Source: Candidatus Saccharimonadota bacterium (GTDB lineage: Bacteria > Patescibacteriota > Saccharimonadia > Saccharimonadales > Saccharimonadaceae). From it: DNA of 45,325 nucleotides. Below are positions 36,587 to 45,325 of this stretch, one piece after another. Within the stretch, counting starts at the first letter, position 1. The number at the start of each line of letters is the position of its first letter. The stretch spans positions 1 through 45,325 of the forward strand of contig WSMR01000001.1 in NCBI GenBank assembly GCA_013316435.1. The letters run 5' to 3'. The notes below the pieces were generated by a model that had not been told where the DNA came from, made no database searches, and worked only from the letters and a program-made list of their open reading frames with translations. A program made the position numbers and the translations under genes.

Positions 36587-37963
36587 TTACTGAGGCTCAG
36601 TATGCTCCTTGTCGAGTGACAAGAATTTGAGCAACTCCGGATGGAAGTAGAGGTCGATTTTGCCCACGGGTCCATGGCGATGCTTTGCAATAATGAGCTC
36701 GGTGAGATTAGTTGGCTCGTAATCGTCGTCATTTTGGCGATAATAGTCGGGACGGTGCAGTAGCATTACCATATCTGCATCCTGCTCGATTGAGCCCGAT
36801 TCGCGGAGGTCCGATAGCACCGGGCGCGGGTCGTCACGGTCGGTCACGCCACGGTTTAGCTGTGCGAGGGCAATTACGGGGATTTCTAGTTCCCTCGCGA
36901 GCTGCTTTAGTCCGCGCGAAATCTCGGTTACCTCTTGAACACGGTTACCTTTATAGCGGTCGGTGCCTTGAATCAGCTGTAAATAGTCAATAATCACCAT
37001 GCTAATATTATGGTCGTGCATCGCGCGGCGGGCTTTATTGCGTAGCTCCAGCACGGTCATGCTACTGGTGTCGTCGATATAGAGCGGTGCTTCATTCATT
37101 TCGGCCATGGCGTCGCCAATACGGGTAAAGTCTTCGTCGGAAAGATTTCCAGTGCGAATACGCCAGTTGTCAACGCCGGATTCGCTAGAAACCATGCGTT
37201 CGATTAGCTCTTCCTTTGACATCTCCATCGAGAAAAACAGTACGCCGCGACCATCACCATTGCGTGTCGCGACGTTATAAGCTAGGTTTTCCGCGAGGGT
37301 TGTTTTACCCATTGCCGGACGCGCGCCGATGATAATCAAATCGCCTTTTTGCAATCCAGCAGTCTTCTTATCAATATCGCGGAACCCAGTCCGAAGACCA
37401 CGTAAGGCTCCTTTATTTTTGTGGAGTTCTTCAATTCGATCGTAAGCGTCAACTAGCAGATCGGCGAGGGCGCTGTAATCAGATTTGACAGTTTTGTCGG
37501 ACACTTCAAAGAGATTTTGTTCGGCTTTTCCCACAAGCTCGTCAATTTCGGCGGTAGCTTCGTAGGCGGCGTTAGCAATTTCGGTACCGGCGGTAATTAG
37601 GCGTCGTCTGAGAGCAGCATCGGCGACTAGTTTGGCGTAATCCTCGGCGTGTGAAGAAATCGGCACAAAAGTTTCCAGATCCGAAATGTAGCTACGTCCA
37701 CCGACTTCTTTAAGAATTTTTTGATTGCCTAGTTCTGTAGTCAAGGTGATAAGGTCGATTTTACGTTGGGATTCGAATAATCGTGTCATGCTGGCGAAGA
37801 TTTTCGAGTGACGCGGGTCATAAAAATCACTAGCCTTGACAATCTCGAGTGCACTAGCAAAAGAATCGTCGGACAGCAAAATTGCTCCGAGCAAAGATTT
37901 CTCGGCCTCAATATTCTGCGGCGGCACTTTGCCACCGGCTTGATCTAGAGCCTGCTCGCGCAC
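36587..37963 (-). CDS. dnaB: replicative DNA helicase
   Basis: PPQNIEAE, GARPAMGKT, IDYLQL, DLRESGSIEQDAD. Confidence 0.97.
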   Translation of the reverse strand: MREQALDQAGGKVPPQNIEAEKSLLGAILLSDDSFASALEIVKASDFYDPRHSKIFASMTRLFESQRKIDLITLTTELGNQKILKEVGGRSYISDLETFVPISSHAEDYAKLVADAALRRRLITAGTEIANAAYEATAEIDELVGKAEQNLFEVSDKTVKSDYSALADLLVDAYDRIEELHKNKGALRGLRTGFRDIDKKTAGLQKGDLIIIGARPAMGKTTLAENLAYNVATRNGDGRGVLFFSMEMSKEELIERMVSSESGVDNWRIRTGNLSDEDFTRIGDAMAEMNEAPLYIDDTSSMTVLELRNKARRAMHDHNISMVIIDYLQLIQGTDRYKGNRVQEVTEISRGLKQLARELEIPVIALAQLNRGVTDRDDPRPVLSDLRESGSIEQDADMVMLLHRPDYYRQNDDDYEPTNLTELIIAKHRHGPVGKIDLYFHPELLKFLSLDKEHTEPQ

Positions 37964-37972
37964 GATACCTCC

Positions 37973-39469
37973 TTAAAACGGCGTTTCGCCGTCGATCTCT
38001 TGTACATCTCCCATTATAGCAGAGATTTTTACGATCGTTTGGTCTTTTGGCTTGGTTGAAGCGGTGCCAGCGTCATGAACTTTTAGATTGTATCCTGATA
38101 AAGCTTGATTCAGCAGCTTGGTATGTTTGGGACTTCCCAAAATGCGCGCCGAAAAACTGTTATCGGGATAGATATGTAGAGTCTCATCCTTTAGCTCGTA
38201 TTTAGATTTCTCGAGCGGCTTGGCGGTGCTGGCGCTCAGCGCGCCCACTTTATCAACGAAGCTTTGCCAATTAAAATCGGTAGTTTCGGTCGATTCTATG
38301 TTGGAAGCTTCGACTGTTTCGGCTATTTCTATATCAAGATTCTCATTCGTCACCTCTGCTATTTTTTTACTCGTCTCCGTCTCTGCCCCCGCCTTTGATT
38401 CTGCTTCAGAATCTTCACCTGTCTCCCCCCTCTTCTCGGCACTCATCCTTACAGCTTCCCGATTTTCAGCACTTTTCACTCCTTTTACAGCAAGGTTAGA
38501 CTCCGGCTCTACTCTTGGTGCTTTTTCGATATTTTTCTGCCCCATCGAGTCTTCTAGTAGCGCTAACAGTAGCTTTGCTTCGGCAAACGGCGATGTAACG
38601 TCGGGTAGAGATTTGAGTAGTGGTAAATTTTTCGGTTCCGGATGTGCGATAATTTCCGATAGAAGTTCGCTCGCAATGTTTTCTGCCCTGAGCCCGCTTG
38701 ACAGCAGCTCTTTGAAACTCTGCTGGATTGCATCAGAATCTCCGGCTTGGTAGCTTGATAGGAGATCCTTGATTTTTTCCTGGCTCGGCACGCCAAGAGC
38801 TTTTTCGAGGGTTTCGGCGGTAATTTTCCCGTCACTAAGGGTTGCAATTTGGTCTAGTAGGCTCAGCGAATCGCGAAACGAACCGCCTCCGCGCTTCCTT
38901 ACGACCTCAAGCCCGCCTTCGTCAATTTGAATATTTTCGGCCTTAGCAATTTTGGCAAGATGTGCCAGCATTACTTCCGGTTCGGCAAGGCTAAAATTGT
39001 AAACCTGCGTGCGGGAAAGAATTGTAATCGGAATTTTATCAATTTCGGTTGTAGCCATGATAAAAATCACGTGCTTTGGGGGCTCTTCAAGCAGTTTTAG
39101 TAAAGCATTGGCGGCTGATTTTGTCAGCATGTGCGCTTCGTCGATAATATAGACCTTGAACTCGCCTTTGGTCGGCGCGATGATGGCTTTTTCGCGTAAT
39201 TCACGAATATTATCAACGCCGTTATTCGAGGCGGCATCTATCTCAATGATATCTAAATAATCATCCTCAAGTTGGTAATCAAATTTATTGACGGCATGGG
39301 CAAAAATCCGCGCCACCGAAGTCTTGCCAGTTCCTCTCGGACCAGCAAAAACATAAGCGTGATTAATCTTGCCTCGCTCTAGACTCTCGGTGAGTGATTT
39401 GATTACCTGTTCTTGACCAACCACGTCCGTTAGCTTAGTCGGACGATATTTGCGATATAAAGCTTTCAC
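37973..39469 (-). CDS. dnaX: DNA polymerase III subunit gamma/tau
   Basis: LYRKYRP, GPRGTGKTS, EIDAASN, IIDEAHML, LEEPP. Confidence 0.96.
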   Translation of the reverse strand: MKALYRKYRPTKLTDVVGQEQVIKSLTESLERGKINHAYVFAGPRGTGKTSVARIFAHAVNKFDYQLEDDYLDIIEIDAASNNGVDNIRELREKAIIAPTKGEFKVYIIDEAHMLTKSAANALLKLLEEPPKHVIFIMATTEIDKIPITILSRTQVYNFSLAEPEVMLAHLAKIAKAENIQIDEGGLEVVRKRGGGSFRDSLSLLDQIATLSDGKITAETLEKALGVPSQEKIKDLLSSYQAGDSDAIQQSFKELLSSGLRAENIASELLSEIIAHPEPKNLPLLKSLPDVTSPFAEAKLLLALLEDSMGQKNIEKAPRVEPESNLAVKGVKSAENREAVRMSAEKRGETGEDSEAESKAGAETETSKKIAEVTNENLDIEIAETVEASNIESTETTDFNWQSFVDKVGALSASTAKPLEKSKYELKDETLHIYPDNSFSARILGSPKHTKLLNQALSGYNLKVHDAGTASTKPKDQTIVKISAIMGDVQEIDGETPF

Positions 39470-39990
39470 TACAAAGCCGCTTCTACTGCTGCCCAGGCGG
39501 CACCATCGTTAGTTGCAGGCACAATTGCGGAAACTTGGTCGCCTTCGCGTAGATGGAAATAGGTTACCGAAGCATAGAGTACTTCATATTCGCGTCCCGA
39601 GACCTCAATAAAATACTTCTCATCGTGATGGATTAGTGTACCAATCACAGTTTTGCGCTCAACCGGTCCGATTTGTTTATAGAGGAAGCGTCCTTCCGGG
39701 GTAATTGTGAGCTTTAGAATATCACCCTCAACCAGTTTTGATTTGGAAGCATAATTCGCTGGAACTGGATAATTCTTGCCATCCGGGCCAATCATGATCT
39801 GACCGTCAAATACGCCCTCAATTACTTTTCCTTCGGGGCTAGAAACGACCGTATCACGCGGAGCCGTGATTGCTTCGCCATCACCAAGCACGGAAATCAA
39901 CAGTTCTTTTGCTGCTGCTAAGTTTGTCTCGGCCTCTTGAATCAGACCGCGCAATCTTTTAATTTGTTTTTCTGGTAATTCAGACATCAC
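39469..39990 (-). CDS. conserved hypothetical protein (CPR-type)
   Basis: IEGVFDG..M...DGK.YPVPANYASKSKLVEGD.LKLTI motif, recalled from CPR genomes and not verified. Confidence 0.7.
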   Translation of the reverse strand: MMSELPEKQIKRLRGLIQEAETNLAAAKELLISVLGDGEAITAPRDTVVSSPEGKVIEGVFDGQIMIGPDGKNYPVPANYASKSKLVEGDILKLTITPEGRFLYKQIGPVERKTVIGTLIHHDEKYFIEVSGREYEVLYASVTYFHLREGDQVSAIVPATNDGAAWAAVEAAL

Positions 39991-40217
39991 CTCGCATCCA
40001 GTCTGTCATTAACTTTATTACTAGTATCATCTTATACCTTTGACCCTCAAAAGTCAACCGCGGTTTTTGGAGGTTTTCCACTGCGCTAACAGTGATAAAA
40101 ACGATAATGTTGTAAAAATTACAAATAAACGTAGGCATTTTTTCTGTATCGAGATATTGACAAAACCGATTTGACTATGCTGTTCGAACCAGTTTTTGTT
40201 GCGGCTATAAAACCAAA

Positions 40218-40243
40218 AACTAACCCCATTCCTGGGGTTAGTT
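40218..40243 (-). terminator. terminator after rplL
   Basis: aactaacccca-ttcc-tggggttagtt with a T run on the minus strand. Confidence 0.65.
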
Positions 40244-40264
40244 GGCATTACTAGCAGTGATAAA

Positions 40265-40645
40265 TTAAGCCAATTCGATGGTTGCGCCTGCTTCTTCAAG
40301 GCTCTTCTTCATGTTTTCAGCTTCGTCTTTTGGTACGTTCTCCTTGACGTTTGCTGGAGCACCATCGACGATTGCCTTAGCTTCACCAAGACCAAGCCCG
40401 GTGATTTCCTTGACTGCCTTGATAACGGCAATCTTCTGAGCACCTGCGTCCTTCAAGACGACGGTGAATTCAGATTTTTCATCAGCGGCAGCTGCGCCAC
40501 CTTCGGCTGGACCAGCAGCAACTGCAACTGCAGCAGCAGCCGGCTCGATGCCGTATTCATCTTTAAGTAGATTCTTGAGTTCGTTGACCTCGAGAATAGT
40601 CATATTGACTAGTTCTTCGGCCAGTTTTTTGATATCTGTAGCCAT
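40265..40645 (-). CDS. rplL: 50S ribosomal protein L7/L12
   Basis: [26 protein letters not shown]. Confidence 0.97.
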   Translation of the reverse strand: MATDIKKLAEELVNMTILEVNELKNLLKDEYGIEPAAAAVAVAAGPAEGGAAAADEKSEFTVVLKDAGAQKIAVIKAVKEITGLGLGEAKAIVDGAPANVKENVPKDEAENMKKSLEEAGATIELA

Positions 40646-40823
40646 GTTATTTTCCCTAATCTATCGTCTTACGGTGTTATTCGCCTTGGAAAACGCTCGC
40701 GCCGTCCCATCGTTATGGGCGGCTTGCTCGCTTTGGTTGCTCCTCGTTGGTCGCAAAAATTTCCAAACCAAATAACGCCGTAAGACGCATATTAATAATA
40801 AATTTTATTATATAATTTGATTG

Positions 40824-41345
40824 CTAATTCTTCGCTGCTTCCAAACCGGAAATAATCCCGGAAAGTCCACCGGAAAGACCGGAAATAGTATCCGTTGCTG
40901 GCGAAAGTAGCTGTGCAACAACTTGTGCGATCAACTCGTTCTTCGACGGCATCTTCGCGAGAGTTGTAATCTCGGTTTGATCCATCGCTTTGCCTTCGTT
41001 TGAAAAACCGCCCGCAAGCTCAAGCGCCGGGTGGTCTTTGGCAAAGTTCGCTAAAACCTTTGCCGGCGCAACTTCGTCGCTATCGGAAATTGCATATACT
41101 AACTGCCCGACAAGACCGGTCGTATCAGTGTCTTTATAAACGCCAATTTCGTTCATCGCTACCCGTACAAGACGGTTTTTGACGACCTTGATTTTGACAC
41201 TAGCTTCGCGAGCCGCCTTGCGCAAATCTTGCATCTCGGCAACGCTGAGGCCTTGATAGCGTGCATAAGCGGTTAGTTTTGCATTTGATAGCAAATCCGT
41301 CAAATCAGCAACCAAAGTATCTTTTTTCGCTTTTGAAATTGCCAT
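40824..41345 (-). CDS. rplJ: 50S ribosomal protein L10
   Basis: Y.GLSV..M..LR, VVKNRL, LA.MPSK.EL. Confidence 0.95.
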   Translation of the reverse strand: MAISKAKKDTLVADLTDLLSNAKLTAYARYQGLSVAEMQDLRKAAREASVKIKVVKNRLVRVAMNEIGVYKDTDTTGLVGQLVYAISDSDEVAPAKVLANFAKDHPALELAGGFSNEGKAMDQTEITTLAKMPSKNELIAQVVAQLLSPATDTISGLSGGLSGIISGLEAAKN

Positions 41346-41423
41346 AAAAGTTCCTATGGTTATTTAATAATTATGTCTGCTAGTAATGTTAAAATTCGTT
41401 ACTCTTGAAGATTTGAAGAAAAA

Positions 41424-41470
41424 TTCCTCGGTGGTATGATTAAGAGTACACGCTCCGCCACTGTCTTTAG
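41424..41470 (-). promoter_or_regulatory. L10 leader-like autoregulatory RNA
   Basis: Minus strand AAGACAGTGG...TTAAT...CCACCGAGG resembles the L10 leader core, upstream of rplJ. Confidence 0.65.
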
Positions 41471-41509
41471 AATAACTGCTTCCATTATAACAAAGTTGGA
41501 GAAAAAATC

Positions 41510-41533
41510 AAGCCCACCTGTACAGGTGGGCTT
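41510..41533. terminator. perfect 24-bp palindrome, likely terminator
   Basis: aagcccacctgtacaggtgggctt downstream of ORF 41602-41970. Confidence 0.55.
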
Positions 41534-41601
41534 ACTAGTAAGCCTTTATTTGAATTAAATTCTTACTTAGTCAACTTATATTGAGTCAGTTATATTTTTG
41601 C

Positions 41602-41970
41602 CTACTTATCGTCGGCAAAATCCTTTGTGAATTCGACATATCCCTTTCGAGGGCTGGCGTGAAAATATCCTGTGAATGGGTATTTTATTTCACCTTTCCA
41701 GCGGCCGTTTCCGTTATCAATCAGTGTGCCCTTGATACAGAATGAGTTCCCGCTGCCGTCTTCATGTTCAAGTGCGCGAATTGTGGCAAGGTATCTGTAG
41801 TCGTCACCGGGTCCCCCGTCCTTTTCTAGCTGTTGCCCCGGGGCAACCTTGAAGCTTACCTTAACCGGTTGGTTAGGCTTTTTAGCCATGCAAGTCGCCA
41901 GCGACAGGAACAGATCCATTTTTGATGGGCCTTCACAAACTTCAACGTGTAACTTTTTTCTTGTAATCAT
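41602..41970 (-). CDS. hypothetical protein
   Basis: 122-aa ORF with AAGGAGGT RBS and its own TTGACA...TACAAT promoter. Confidence 0.7.
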   Translation of the reverse strand: MITRKKLHVEVCEGPSKMDLFLSLATCMAKKPNQPVKVSFKVAPGQQLEKDGGPGDDYRYLATIRALEHEDGSGNSFCIKGTLIDNGNGRWKGEIKYPFTGYFHASPRKGYVEFTKDFADDK

Positions 41971-42172
41971 ACGATTACCTCCTTAATGTGCTCTACGTCT
42001 AGCGTAGGCCTGCCTGGATATACATCTCAGGTCTTACTCTTTCATTGTATCACAGATTGCAATTTCTGTCAATAGAAGAACGCTCAAATTGTCCTAAAAT
42101 TCAAAAAATTGCCCCAAAATCCTTAGAAATTGGGGTAGAATTGTCTTGTTTTAGGCTTTTTGAGCCGCGGTT

Positions 42173-43168
42173 CTAGTTGTAGATATTCTCAACTGGGATG
42201 CTTGGGCCCTGAGTAGTAGTAATAAACACGCTTTTGACATAGCTGCCTTTGAGGCTAGCTGGACGGTGGCTCTTTAGCGACTCAAAGAAGACGTTTGCGT
42301 TCTCGAGCAATTTGTCTTGATCAAAGCTGGTTTTGCCAAGACCGATGTGAATAATTGCCTGCTTGTCGACGCGATATTCGACTTTACCAGCCTTTGACTC
42401 CTTGACTGCCTTCTCAATGTCGGTAGTAACGGTGCCGGCTTTGGGGTTTGGCATCAAACCCTTTGGCCCGAGCAAACGCGCAAATTTACCGAGTTTTGGC
42501 ATATAACCTGGGGTAGAGATCAGTACGTCAAAGTCGATTTGACCTTTCTCAAGGCGTTGGATAAACTCTTCATCCTCGGCGATATCAGCACCAGCGGCGA
42601 GCGCCTTTTTGGCTTCGTCAAGCGGAGCGAATACAGCTACGCGCACGGTTTTACCGTTGCCATGTGGCAAAACTACGGTTGCGCGGATATTTTGATCAGC
42701 CTGGCGCGGATCTACTCCTAGGCGTACATGGGCTTCGACGGTAGCGTCAAATTTTGCTGGGTTAGTATCTTTGGCAAGTTTCAGGGCCTCTTCTAGGCTG
42801 TAAACTTTCCCTTTTTCGACCAATTTGGCTTTTTCCTGATAATTTTTGCCTCGGCGTTCGATTTTTGGTCGGGTGACCGGGGTAGCACCCTTTGGCTTGT
42901 CGCCTGCTTCTTCGAGGGCTTTGATCTCGGCTTTGCGAGCTTGGCGCTCCTCTTCGGCTTTTACCTCTTCGATATGTTTCTTCGATTTTTTGCCGGACTT
43001 AGCGTATTTTTCTTCGGCTGCGTCTTTCGCTTCTTCAAGCTTGACGCCTTCGCTGATTTCGGTCGCGATTTCGTTTGTAGTATTGATATCCTGCACCAAC
43101 GCAGTCTCCGCGGCGCCAGTATTCTGTGCTTCGATCGCTGGGTCTTCTTGGTTTGATAGATTAGCCAT
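42173..43168 (-). CDS. rplA: 50S ribosomal protein L1 with ~100-aa N-terminal extension
   Basis: [30 protein letters not shown]. Confidence 0.96.
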   Translation of the reverse strand: MANLSNQEDPAIEAQNTGAAETALVQDINTTNEIATEISEGVKLEEAKDAAEEKYAKSGKKSKKHIEEVKAEEERQARKAEIKALEEAGDKPKGATPVTRPKIERRGKNYQEKAKLVEKGKVYSLEEALKLAKDTNPAKFDATVEAHVRLGVDPRQADQNIRATVVLPHGNGKTVRVAVFAPLDEAKKALAAGADIAEDEEFIQRLEKGQIDFDVLISTPGYMPKLGKFARLLGPKGLMPNPKAGTVTTDIEKAVKESKAGKVEYRVDKQAIIHIGLGKTSFDQDKLLENANVFFESLKSHRPASLKGSYVKSVFITTTQGPSIPVENIYN

Positions 43169-43180
43169 AAAATCCTTTCC

Positions 43181-43210
43181 GTGGTAATAGCGGGGTTCTA
43201 CCCTCCCAAC
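43181..43210 (-). promoter_or_regulatory. L1-binding leader-like site
   Basis: Minus strand GTTGGGAG-GGTAGAACC-CCGCTATTACCAC just before the rplA RBS. Confidence 0.55.
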
Positions 43211-43355
43211 CTGATTTGATATTGTTTTAATTATAGCCTAGAAAATAGTTTTTGGCAAGATTTAGATTGAAAATAGTGAGATTTTGGGCAAATTTTGGCT
43301 ATTTTTTCGACTTTCTCTTGCGAGCTGGCGAATTTTTTGTTATAATACGCCCTAT

Positions 43356-43574
43356 ATGGGAATAAAAGTAACTAGAAAAGATCAAAGTGAGGCCAACGAG
43401 AACTTGATTCGCCGGTTCAATCGCAAGGTTTTGCAGAGCGGAATCATGCCGATCAAGAAGTCGCAGATGCGCTTTAGCAAGCCGATTTCGAAGCGTGAAC
43501 GCCGCAAGAAAGCGATTATTCGTGAGCAACGCCGAGCCGAGAAGGCCGAGCGTATGCGTCTCGGGCTGAAATAA
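43356..43574 (+). CDS. rpsU: 30S ribosomal protein S21
   Basis: E..E.LIRRF.RKV...G, F.KP.SK..RR; TGTTATAAT upstream of ATG 43356. Confidence 0.85.
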   Translation: MGIKVTRKDQSEANENLIRRFNRKVLQSGIMPIKKSQMRFSKPISKRERRKKAIIREQRRAEKAERMRLGLK

Positions 43575-43590
43575 GCTATAGAATATATCA

Positions 43591-43619
43591 AGACCGCCTC
43601 CTATGGGGGCGGTTTGTTT
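43591..43619 (+). terminator. intrinsic terminator
   Basis: agaccgcctc-ctatg-ggggcggttt followed by gttt. Confidence 0.7.
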
Positions 43620-43837
43620 GGAGAAAGTTGATCCCGGGGGTATTATGGGTGTAAGATCTTTGACATTCTCACAAAATAATTATAAAAAGTATTGACAAAA
43701 TATATTAAGTGTGCTACAATGTAAAGATAAGGCAAAAATAATCACTTTGCATCACGAATTTGATACTTCAGGGTGCAGGTAGCGCCTTAAGTATTTTACC
43801 AATTTGTGGTGCAAACCATAGAAAGGGAGGGCTTCTT

Positions 43838-44546
43838 ATGGTAATAGAAAAATATCAAAGATTTTACGGTAATGATTGTGATGAGCACGATGGTGGTGTT
43901 CAGCTGAGCAACAATAATTATGATATGGATGGCGACGTTTATCTTCCAGGATTCAAACCTCGTGGCGATGATCCGAATAGGATTGAAAAAATGCTCGGGA
44001 TGATGGAGTTGGAGTTTGGTCAGATTGAACCTGACACGCCGATTTACTCCTATATCGAGCACGGTCTTCGCCAACTCCTTACGGGGCAAAAAATCGGACT
44101 GGAAGATTACTTATGTCCAAATTAAGCCGGGGAGACTGAGACTATCGATTCGCAACAAGAAATTCGCCAAGATAATGCGCCAGCTTAAGAGTCTCGACAT
44201 GGAGAATGAGCGTCCTCGTTAGTACAAAGATATCATTGTTTTTGATTGGCAAGATTCAGGAATGCTTGACGTCGACAATTATATAACCGTAGATTTTGAG
44301 TTTACCTCACCCGATCCATCGAAAGGTATAAGTCTTGAGTTGTCACATAAGCGCAAGGATACGAAAGAGACTGATTTGTATCGGATTTATGTTCGTAATG
44401 ATTATGCGTCTGTCACAGAAGAACACCAGGTTAATCCGACCAGGCGCGAAATTCAATTGCACTTTGTTGAGGCAAGTTCGAGCCAGGAGGATATTGCCGA
44501 CGATAGAAATCGCGTTTTAGTTGGCGAGATCACCGAATATCGTTAG
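43838..44546 (+). pseudogene. probable disrupted hypothetical gene
   Basis: Promoter and GGAGG RBS before ATG 43838; three ORF pieces joinable by one frameshift and one in-frame TAG (44220-44222). Confidence 0.45.
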
Positions 44547-44623
44547 GATGAAGGGCTTGTTTGCCTGTTTGTCGCTGATTTTTTCTAGTTTTCTGCACTA
44601 CCACTGCCTATATGGGCAACCAA

Positions 44624-44647
44624 AGACCCGCCAATACTGGCGGGTCT
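44624..44647. terminator. bidirectional terminator-like hairpin
   Basis: agacccgcca-atac-tggcgggtct between convergent genes. Confidence 0.7.
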
Positions 44648-44669
44648 AATCAGTTTTAGCGACCGTATT

Positions 44670-45188
44670 CTACAACTGCTTTACCTGCAAAGCATCGAGC
44701 TCAACCGGCGTTTCACGACCAAACATCGACACCATCACCTTCATCTTGCCCTTGGTGGCATCAATCTCGGAAACCACACCTTCAAAGCCCTTAAACGGTC
44801 CATCAATAATCGAAATTACTTCACCGATTTCGTAATTAACTGAATATTTCGGATCTTCAACGCCCATGCGCTTCTTAATCTTGACGATTTCCTTTTCGGA
44901 AACCGGGGTTGGCTGCGTACCATTACCAATAAATCCGGTCACGCCCGGGGTATTGCGCACGATGTACCAAGTTTCGTCCGAGAGACACATTTCAACCAGC
45001 ACATAACCCTGGAAAATTTTGCGATCAACCACTTTGCGCTTGCCATCTTTAATCTCGATTCGCTTCTCTTTTGGCACAATTGCGTCAAAAATCCGCCCAT
45101 CAAGCTCGCCGCTCTCGACGCGCTCTTTAATTCCGTTCGCAACCTTATCCTCATAACCACCATAAGTACTGATAGCATACCAGGCGCG
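44670..45188 (-). CDS. nusG: transcription termination/antitermination factor NusG (start missing)
   Basis: RAWYAISTYGGYEDKV...GYVLVEM...VRNTPGVTGF...KOW GPFKGF, MFGRETPVEL; no in-frame start upstream of the WY motif. Confidence 0.93.
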   Translation of the reverse strand, partial: RAWYAISTYGGYEDKVANGIKERVESGELDGRIFDAIVPKEKRIEIKDGKRKVVDRKIFQGYVLVEMCLSDETWYIVRNTPGVTGFIGNGTQPTPVSEKEIVKIKKRMGVEDPKYSVNYEIGEVISIIDGPFKGFEGVVSEIDATKGKMKVMVSMFGRETPVELDALQVKQL

Positions 45189-45325
45189 CCCGTTTGTGGC
45201 ACTTGGTCGTTATATTCGCGATTCTTGGCGCGAGCTGCGCTTGGTACGCTGGCCGGACCGCAAAGCTACCTGGAAAATGACTTTGGCAGTGCTAGTTTAC
45301 TGCGCAATCATGATGGTATTTATTC
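45184..45325 (+). CDS. secE: preprotein translocase subunit SecE fragment, inverted relative to nusG
   Basis: ARPFVALGRYIRDSWRELRLVRWPDRKATWKMTLAVLVYCAIMMVFI: EL..V.WP motif followed by a TM segment. Confidence 0.8.

Noticed and set aside
276-45202. Numerous 60-180 aa ORFs antisense to or nested in housekeeping genes (e.g. 38220-38753, 35508-35891, 31549-31941)
   Set aside because: They overlap well-supported genes and show no recognisable motifs.
1-45325. Complete DGR or integron locus in this window
   Set aside because: No ORF with RT motifs, no recognisable Avd-like ORF, and no tyrosine/serine recombinase or transposase recognised.

Overview
Mostly housekeeping DNA from a small-genome bacterium using genetic code 11, most likely Candidatus Saccharibacteria/CPR (inferred from gene content and style, not from a search). 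It carries metK, xth, smpB, ftsEX with CHAP and S41 genes, prfB, murL, murD, secA, dnaB, dnaX, rplA/J/L, rpsU, nusG and tRNA-Val. The unusual content is nine ~200-bp intergenic cassettes in two families (A x4, B x5). Each encodes the C-terminal segment of a Fib_succ_major/C-type-lectin-like domain, mostly without a start or N-terminus. Copies differ mainly at codon positions 1-2 of NNC/NNT codons, the footprint of diversity-generating retroelement (DGR) adenine mutagenesis, but no reverse transcriptase, Avd or template repeat is in the window. Two cassette pairs are essentially identical. Four cassettes form a mirror-image locus around a candidate ~264-nt structured ncRNA. This suggests a dispersed, recombining library of variable repeats (inference). 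Also seen: paired YtrA-type operators linking the GntR-ABC operon to the CHAP hydrolase gene, a 10-aa peptide shared by FtsE and DnaX, a frameshifted Y-family polymerase tail, and an inverted nusG/secE junction at the right end that is probably an artefact.
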